32,000 bases of DNA from Chlamydiales bacterium (GTDB lineage Bacteria > Chlamydiota > Chlamydiia > Chlamydiales > SM23-39). The notes below the pieces were generated by a model that did not search any database, was not told the DNA's origin, and saw only the letters and a program-made list of their open reading frames with translations. The stretch spans positions 810,001-842,000 of the forward strand of contig OZ253438.1 of NCBI GenBank assembly GCA_965261025.1, in the 5' to 3' direction. Position 1 is the stretch's first letter, and every line of letters begins with the position of its first letter. This document shows positions 26,121-32,000 of this stretch, piece by piece. The position numbers and the translations under genes were made by a program.

Positions 26121-27082
26121 AGAGCTACTTATTCGAGAATCCAGTCGCACGGGTTTTCGTTTGGAAATATTGGAAAAAGTATGGCACCTAATGAACGTTC
26201 TTGAAGGAATTAATGCCCATCCTTTTCTACAAGAACGTTTGGTCTTAAAAGGAGGCACAGCCCTCAATCTGTTTTATCTTCGATCTTCCTCGTCTATCAG
26301 TTGATATCGATTTAAACTATATAGGGATGCCAGATCGAGAAGGAATGATACAAGAACGCCCTCTTATTGAAAAGGCTATGGAAGCTATTTTTCAACGAGA
26401 AAACCTTATGATACGCCGCATCCCAACCAAACATGCTGGTGGAAAGTGGCAGCTAAAATACCAAGGTGTTCTTGGCAATCAAGGTAACCTAGAAATTGAC
26501 CTGAATTTTATGTTCAGAGTCCCTCTTTGGGATATTCAAAAATGTTCCTCTAAAGTTATTGGTCATCATCAAATACACGGAGTTCGAATTCTTGATTTTC
26601 ACGAGCTAGCAGCTGGGAAATTAACCGCATTATTTGGTAGAAATGCCTCACGCGATTTATTTGATACGCATCATTTACTAACCAATATACAGTTCAATTT
26701 AGAGCGGTTACGGCTAGCCTTTATTCTGTATATCGGCATGAGTTCAATTAAAAATCCTCATGAACTCTCCCCTGAATCACTTTTGTTCGATGAAGCTGAT
26801 TTTCGAAAACAGCTTCTGCCTGTCTTGCGAAATACCAAGAACGAACGTGATCATCAATCTTGGAAAGATATCAAACTTCAAGAGTGTAAACAGGCTCTGG
26901 CCAAACTATTGCCTTTTAATGAACAAGAAGCAAAGTTTTTAAAAATCCTGATTCAAAAAGGAGAAATTCGCCCATCTCTACTTACAAATGAACCCCTCAT
27001 GCAATCTAAAATTGAAAAACTACCTTCCCTTCATTGGAGAGCCTCACTTGTGCAGTCATTACCGAAACAAGTAATTTCTTAG
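26107..27082 (+). pseudogene. abiEii: AbiEii-family nucleotidyltransferase toxin (DUF1814) interrupted by a single frameshift
   Basis: The first frame (26107-26304) gives ..LVLKGGTALNLFY, then nonsense and a stop. From 26279 another frame reads FDLPRLSVDIDLNYIGMPDREG.. and continues to 27082, including AAGKLTALFGRNASRDLFDTHHL. Joining the frames at about 26278 restores the canonical KGGTAL / RxSxDxD / K..R..D.D motif order. Confidence 0.8.
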
Positions 27083-27129
27083 CTAATGACTAAAAAATTC
27101 TATATTTATGAAAAATACTTCTGGAAATT

Positions 27130-27212
27130 TGCCGATGACTGGACTCGAACCAGCACCTTATTGCTAAGAGCAGATTTTGAATCTGCCGTGTCTACCATTT
27201 CACCACATCGGC
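27130..27212 (-). tRNA. tRNA-Leu (anticodon CAA), class II with a long variable arm; CCA not encoded
   Basis: The reverse complement is GCCGATG-TG-GTG-AAATGGTAGA-CAC-G-GCAGA-TTCAAAA-TCTGC-TCTTAGCAATAAGGT-GCTGG-TTCGAGT-CCAGT-CATCGGC-A. All stems pair (one G-U pair in the T stem), the variable arm forms CTTA/TAAG, and the T-loop is TTCGAGT. Confidence 0.9.
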
Positions 27213-27259
27213 AAATGGGAGGACTTTATCATGGAAAGAAAATTAAAGCAAACTCCTCT

Positions 27260-27478
27260 TTAAGATCCTTTTATAGAAGATTCCCGCTCTTCTTCCCATT
27301 TATAAGGGGCTCTTTTTTGAAGTTTCGGAGTAGTATAGGGATAAAAAACGTCCTTGTCCCCCCTTTCAATAAACTCCCCTTTTGCCTTTTCCCTTTGGAG
27401 TCTTTCCTTTTTAGAAAGCTCTAACTCACTGCAAGAGAACAAGAAAAGACTCATGCCCAGAAAATAAAAAAACCGCAT
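27260..27478 (-). CDS. small putative lipoprotein (72 aa)
   Basis: MRFFYFLGMSLFLFSC has a signal peptide with a lipobox-like LFSC, followed by a charged tail. GGGAG lies just upstream, though the spacing is short. Confidence 0.45.
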   Translation of the reverse strand: MRFFYFLGMSLFLFSCSELELSKKERLQREKAKGEFIERGDKDVFYPYTTPKLQKRAPYKWEEERESSIKGS

Positions 27479-27554
27479 AACTCCCTTTTTTGACTCGATA
27501 GTAGTACTTTTTGGGATTTTTTTTTATAGTCCGGTTTTTGAGGGGGTAAGGATA

Positions 27555-28817
27555 ATGCACGAGTCTTTAGAGGAAAAATTAAAAAGAGAAGCTTCTTTGG
27601 CTTTAAACAGTGAAAGCCTAGAAGAGGGCATGCGTCATTTATCAAGAGCCTTCTACCTTTTTTCCGAAGAAAGCGAAAGAATAAAAAAGAACTATCTGAA
27701 ATTAAAGGAAGAGTTAAAAAAGACCCACTTGCACCTGGATAAAACCCATGAAGAACTTATAAAAAGTGTAACTCAGCTAAAAACCACTTCCTCCTACTTA
27801 AACAGCCTTTTAAAAAATATTTCTCAAGGTATTTTATTTATTCACATGAATGGAACCATTCTCTCCTACAATAAAGCAGCAGAAAAAATCTTAAAAATAG
27901 AAGAGTCTAAGGTTCTTTTTCGAAAATATACGCAAGTTTTCAAAGACACCTTCTTTGGTTTTTCTGTAAAGGACGCTCTTGATTTTGGTATGCTCACCTC
28001 CTTGAGCTATTTTACTCACTTTCTAGAAGCAGAAAGAAGAGAAATAGAAGTGACTTCTTCTTTTTTATCTGATGGAGAAAACCCCTATGGAGGTCTTCTT
28101 CTACTCTTAAGGGACATCACAGAATTTGAAAAGCTAAAACAAGTTACTCATAGAACCAGTAGACTACAACAACTAGGAGAAATAGCCGCGACCATTGCTC
28201 ACGAAATTAAAAATCCTCTAGGGGGAATTAGAGGATATGCCTCCTTGCTTTGCCAAGATTTAAAAACCCGTTCTGAGAGGGAAAAGATACAAAACATTAT
28301 AGAGGGAGTAAAAATTCTAGATAAACTCGTAGAAAAAGTCCTGGTCTATACAAAACCTTTAGAGCTCCAGCTTCACTCTCATGACTTTTCTATGTTTTTG
28401 AGAAACACGTGTAAATTCCTAATCATGGATCCCAATTTTAATAGAAAATATCAGCTAGAAATCCATATCTCAGATGATCCCTTGTTTGTCCCTTTTGACA
28501 AAGATGCGATGCGCTCTTGCCTTTGGAATCTGATCATCAATGCTTTTCAATCTATGAAAAAAGGAGGAAAGGTAACTGTTTCTTTAATGAAGCAAGATCA
28601 AAGCATTCTTCTAAATATTTCCGATCAAGGAATAGGCATTGCTGAAAAAGATCTAGAAAACATTTTTTCTCCTTTTTTTACTACGAAAGAAGAAGGTAAT
28701 GGCCTTGGTCTTGCCGAAGCACACAAAATTGTACAAGCCCATAGAGGAAAAATCGAAGTGCGCTCCCAATTAGAGAAAGGAACTACCTTTACCTTATCAC
28801 TTCCTATAAGGAGATAG
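27555..28817 (+). CDS. atoS: soluble PAS-domain sensor histidine kinase (NtrB/AtoS-like; CtcB equivalent)
   Basis: There is no transmembrane segment. It has a coiled-coil N-terminus, a PAS-like region (ISQGILFIHMNGTILSYNKAAEKIL), the H-box AHEIKNPLGGIRGY, the N-box NLIINAFQS, G1 DQGIGI and G2 GNGLGL. Confidence 0.9.
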   Translation: MHESLEEKLKREASLALNSESLEEGMRHLSRAFYLFSEESERIKKNYLKLKEELKKTHLHLDKTHEELIKSVTQLKTTSSYLNSLLKNISQGILFIHMNGTILSYNKAAEKILKIEESKVLFRKYTQVFKDTFFGFSVKDALDFGMLTSLSYFTHFLEAERREIEVTSSFLSDGENPYGGLLLLLRDITEFEKLKQVTHRTSRLQQLGEIAATIAHEIKNPLGGIRGYASLLCQDLKTRSEREKIQNIIEGVKILDKLVEKVLVYTKPLELQLHSHDFSMFLRNTCKFLIMDPNFNRKYQLEIHISDDPLFVPFDKDAMRSCLWNLIINAFQSMKKGGKVTVSLMKQDQSILLNISDQGIGIAEKDLENIFSPFFTTKEEGNGLGLAEAHKIVQAHRGKIEVRSQLEKGTTFTLSLPIRR

Positions 28818-28822
28818 TAGCT

Positions 28823-30178
28823 ATGCAGACGGTCTTAATTGTAGATGATGACTTTTTAATTCGCTCTTTTTTAGAAGAGAGCTTTAAAAGAATGAAAAAG
28901 AAAGCCCTTGTGGCAAGAAATGGAAAAGAGGCTTTAGATCTTTTGGCAGAAAAGACCTTTGATCTGGTGCTTACCGATATGAAAATGCCAGGAGCTTCTG
29001 GCCTCGAAGTCCTAAAAAAAGCTAAGGAAAGTAATCCTGCTGCTCTCGTTTTAATAATGACTGCCTTTGCCTCTGTCGAAAATGCAGTGGAGGCAATGAG
29101 ACTCGGAGCTTTTAACTACCTAATCAAACCCTTTTCTTTAGAAGTACTACAGGCTTTACTAAAAAAAGCAGAACAACATGAAGCCTTGATCCAGGAGAAT
29201 TTTTCTTTAAAACAGCAGATTCATTCCCTACAAGAGCCTTATGTTTTAGATTATAAAAGCCCTTCCATGCAAAAGCTTTTTTCTGATGTGAAAAAGATCG
29301 CTAAAAGCCAAGCACATGTTTTTATCACGGGAGAATCAGGAACGGGAAAAGAAGTTTTAGCTTCTTCTCTACACCATCTTTCTCCTAGAAAAGATTCTCC
29401 TTTTATTCGGGTAAATTGTGCTGCTATTGCAGAAAACCTGTTAGAATCAGAATTTTTTGGCCATGAAAAAGGGGCCTTTACAGGAGCTTTGCAAAGAAGA
29501 CTAGGACGTTTTGAACTAGCACATAAAGGAACCCTTTTATTAGATGAGGTAACAGAAATCCCCTTAAATCTACAAGCAAAGCTACTTCGTGCAGTGCAAG
29601 AAGAAACCTTTGAAAGAGTAGGGTCAGAAAAGTCACAAGAAGTAGATGTCCGTATTATTGCTACCTCTAATCGTGACATGAAAGAGGCAATAGAACAAAA
29701 AATATTTAGAGAAGATCTTTATTATCGTTTAAACGTTGTCCCCTTACACATTCCCCCTTTAAGAGAGAGAAAAGAGGATATTCTTTCCCTAGCAAATCAC
29801 TTTTTAAAAAAGTTTTGTCAAGAAAACCATAAGGAGCTCAAAGAATTTTCTAAAAAGGCAGAGGAAAAGCTTCTTAGTTATACATGGCCGGGTAACGTAA
29901 GAGAGCTGGCAAACCTAATTGAAAGGGCTACTGTTTTGAGTACGGAGAAGGTTTTATCGGAGAAAGATTTTTCCTTAGAAGAAAACCAAGAGCCTTGTTC
30001 CCAAGAAGCTATTACCTTAAAAGAACTGGAAGAAAGATCTATTTTAGAAAGGCTAAAAAAATTGGATAACCACAGGGAAAATACCGCAAAATCCCTGGGA
30101 ATTAGCCCTAGAACTCTTCGAAACAAGCTACAAGAGTATGAAAGAAAATCTCTTTCCCAAAAAAGTCTATTAAACTGA
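28823..30178 (+). CDS. atoC: sigma-54-dependent NtrC-family response regulator with a C-terminal Fis-type HTH (CtcC equivalent)
   Basis: Receiver domain (DLVLTDMKMPGASG), AAA+ domain (GESGTGKE, ESEFFGHEKGAFTGA, LLLDEV) and C-terminal NTAKSLGISPRTLRNKLQEY. It starts 6 nt after the kinase stop. Confidence 0.92.
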   Translation: MQTVLIVDDDFLIRSFLEESFKRMKKKALVARNGKEALDLLAEKTFDLVLTDMKMPGASGLEVLKKAKESNPAALVLIMTAFASVENAVEAMRLGAFNYLIKPFSLEVLQALLKKAEQHEALIQENFSLKQQIHSLQEPYVLDYKSPSMQKLFSDVKKIAKSQAHVFITGESGTGKEVLASSLHHLSPRKDSPFIRVNCAAIAENLLESEFFGHEKGAFTGALQRRLGRFELAHKGTLLLDEVTEIPLNLQAKLLRAVQEETFERVGSEKSQEVDVRIIATSNRDMKEAIEQKIFREDLYYRLNVVPLHIPPLRERKEDILSLANHFLKKFCQENHKELKEFSKKAEEKLLSYTWPGNVRELANLIERATVLSTEKVLSEKDFSLEENQEPCSQEAITLKELEERSILERLKKLDNHRENTAKSLGISPRTLRNKLQEYERKSLSQKSLLN

Positions 30179-30387
30179 ATTTATGAGTAAAATCTTGTTG
30201 TGCTAAAGCTCCCACTGAGAACTGTATAGCTGGATGATTTGTAATATATTGTTAATAAAAGAGTTATAAAAATAATATCTATCTTAAGTAAGCTAAAGTA
30301 AGAGGAAATAAGTACTAGACTAAACTATAGAAGTTTCCTACAAAATCTCAGAAAGATCCTTTAAAGCAAGTATGATAGAATGCATGC

Positions 30388-32000
30388 ATGAGACTATACA
30401 CAGCACTATTTTCCTCTTTTTCCTTAAAGCCCACTACCCCGTTAGAAGTTGTGGAAAGCTCTCTTTCGAAAAAAGTTGTTTCTTCTGCGATAGTAGCTTT
30501 TGCTTTGTTGGCTTTAGTGGTATACAGACTTACCCAGACAACTAGATCTAAGAGTAGGCCCCTTCTAAAAGCTTCCAGTTCCTTTGAAAAAATTTTAAAA
30601 AACCTAAAACTAAGTCTAGTTCCCTCTATCTTCAAAGATCAAACTGATCCTAGAGAATATGTAAAGCAAGCCTTGAACAGGTTTCAAGAGCGGCAAAAAA
30701 AGAGAATTTTAGCAGCCTGGAAGCAACTTCAAAATTCCTCAAGAAAACCTTCCCTTAAGGCTTTATCTGCTGCCTTTTACTTCTTGCAAGAAAACCCTGT
30801 ACCAGAGGCACTAATATGCCGGACTTTTGTATTTCTCGTAGTTCACTACACCTTTTACGAAGATGCACCTTCTAAGGATTTTTACCAGTTTTTATTTAGA
30901 ATACCAGTAGAACCTTTGATGGTTGTGTACGAAAAACTCGTTGAAGCTGAAAAGACCCAGAACTCCTATTTATTATTCTTCCCAGATGAGCACTACGAAA
31001 ACTTTTTTCCAGATAGCACCAGACAAATCCCAAATTATCCCTACTTAGCTCTTTCCCTTTTTAGGCAAGGCAAAATAGAAGTTGCCCTGCTAGCTACGAT
31101 ATGGCACTTGAAAAATATGGAAAATCTCTTTCAAGAGCATACTCAAGAAATTATCCGATGTAGTACCGATCAAGCTAAGGACTCCATAATAAATTCTTCT
31201 GGGTTGGTAAGTTGGGAAAACCCTGCAGTAAAAAACACAATGGATATGGCTTTATTAAACTCTCTACCTAAATATCCTGTATGGATACTACAACCTAAAC
31301 AACCGATTTATTTCTGTAAGGAAAAGGATGCTATGTTTTGTGAAATGCTCCGAAATGGATTCGTAAAGGCCCTTTTTTTGGCAACGGATATCCAGAAAAC
31401 TCAAGACATTTGCCTCTTTTCCTCTGCTATCATAGCTAAAACTCAAAAGAGTCCTTCACGGCAAATCTCGAACGCCTCTTCTATTTTACTTCTAGATTTT
31501 TCCCGGGCTTTTTCGCTTCGAAGCCAAGTTCTTAATTCTCCTTCCCTTCTACCTTACTTCTCTGCTGGCATTCTTTATCCAGAAGACATGGTGAGGGACT
31601 ATATAGAAAAGAAAAGAGGATTTACGGTTTCTCCTCCGGATATTCCTGCTAATTTACTAAAAACGGATCAGGCAGACAAAATGGCTACCACCTCTTTTAG
31701 CTTTACTGTACATGATTTATATCACCTTGCATGCATTTGGACTATACAACCTAATGTTCACCAAAAAGTTCGAAACCTAATAGGGGCCGTCCAAAAAGCA
31801 AATCTATCAGAAGAGACAAAGTCCACTATTATTGCTGGACTTATAGACTTTGATATTCCAGAGCTTGTTTGTCTCTCAAAAATTAGCGAATCCTATCAAG
31901 AAAACTGTCTCATTAAAAATATAAAAGGCATGTTGTCGGCTGAGTTCAATGATGGCTGTGTAAATTCGTCGACTGAGCTACCTCAGATTAAGAAAATCCT
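30388..32000 (+). CDS. large hypothetical membrane-anchored protein, 5' 537 codons (continues past the window end)
   Basis: Not in the ORF track because it has no stop within the window. ATG at 30388 gives MRLYTALFSSFSLKPTTPLEVVESSLSKKVVSSAIVAFALLALVVYRL.., with one predicted TM helix. An uninterrupted reading frame then runs to 32000. I recognise no family motif. Confidence 0.65.
   Translation, partial: MRLYTALFSSFSLKPTTPLEVVESSLSKKVVSSAIVAFALLALVVYRLTQTTRSKSRPLLKASSSFEKILKNLKLSLVPSIFKDQTDPREYVKQALNRFQERQKKRILAAWKQLQNSSRKPSLKALSAAFYFLQENPVPEALICRTFVFLVVHYTFYEDAPSKDFYQFLFRIPVEPLMVVYEKLVEAEKTQNSYLLFFPDEHYENFFPDSTRQIPNYPYLALSLFRQGKIEVALLATIWHLKNMENLFQEHTQEIIRCSTDQAKDSIINSSGLVSWENPAVKNTMDMALLNSLPKYPVWILQPKQPIYFCKEKDAMFCEMLRNGFVKALFLATDIQKTQDICLFSSAIIAKTQKSPSRQISNASSILLLDFSRAFSLRSQVLNSPSLLPYFSAGILYPEDMVRDYIEKKRGFTVSPPDIPANLLKTDQADKMATTSFSFTVHDLYHLACIWTIQPNVHQKVRNLIGAVQKANLSEETKSTIIAGLIDFDIPELVCLSKISESYQENCLIKNIKGMLSAEFNDGCVNSSTELPQIKKI

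Larger units (their letters stand above)
22592..27129. mobile_element. degraded genomic island abutting the 3' end of tRNA-Leu(CAA); no integrase detected
   Basis: Three same-orientation copies of the tRNA-Leu 3'-terminal sequence are present: the gene at 27130 and mimics at 24420 and 23245. The cargo is typical of mobile or defence DNA (dinD, Bro-N-like fragment, AbiEi/AbiEii). Several genes are truncated or frameshifted. Hand counts of a few 60-nt lines give about 43-47% GC in dinD versus about 27-33% in hemD and alaS lines. The left boundary is uncertain. Confidence 0.5.

Noticed and set aside
27086-27424. A 112-aa + strand ORF.
   Set aside because: It reads straight through the complement of the tRNA-Leu gene and antisense to the lipoprotein ORF, so it is spurious.
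27490-27530. TTGACT ... TATAGT considered as the atoS promoter.
   Set aside because: The spacer is 29 nt, which is incompatible with a sigma-70-type promoter. No better -35 element sits at the correct distance.
30348-30635. A 95-aa minus-strand ORF with a TTG start.
   Set aside because: It is antisense to the 5' end of the ORF of at least 537 codons that begins at 30388. The long ORF is the far better explanation.

Overview
This is a low-GC, homopolymer-rich bacterial chromosome segment that looks chlamydial, probably from an environmental or amoeba-associated Chlamydiae lineage. The evidence for that is an LL-diaminopimelate aminotransferase (DapL), rnc-radA-hemC and hemY-hemN-hemE/tkt/alaS/mfd neighbourhoods resembling Chlamydia, and a soluble PAS histidine kinase paired with an NtrC-type regulator (CtcB/CtcC-like). 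About 24 kb is tightly packed housekeeping DNA with many short gene overlaps: accD (partial), sodA, hemD, hemC, radA, rnc, dapL, hemY, hemN, hemE, tkt, alaS, mfd, a CPBP protease and the two-component pair. The accessory content has three parts. (1) A degraded island of about 4.5 kb (about 22.6-27.13 kb) abuts the 3' end of a tRNA-Leu(CAA) gene. It contains a dinD homologue bracketed by two direct repeats of about 190 bp whose first 30 nt mimic the tRNA-Leu 3' end. It also holds a dinD 3' fragment, a truncated Bro-N/antirepressor-like gene, about 650 bp of unassignable DNA, and an AbiEi/AbiEii module whose toxin gene is frameshifted between two catalytic motifs. No integrase is visible. (2) A DUF4116-type tandem-repeat protein gene has near-identical 150-bp super-repeats and is a candidate host-interaction effector. 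(3) Several lineage-specific orphan proteins lie at 7.25-9.7 kb and from 30.39 kb to the window end. I found no rRNA and no CRISPR array. I found no complete, clearly novel multi-gene system. The most unusual structure is the tRNA-mimic repeat/dinD cassette. All calls come from reading the sequence and from remembered family motifs. No searches were run.
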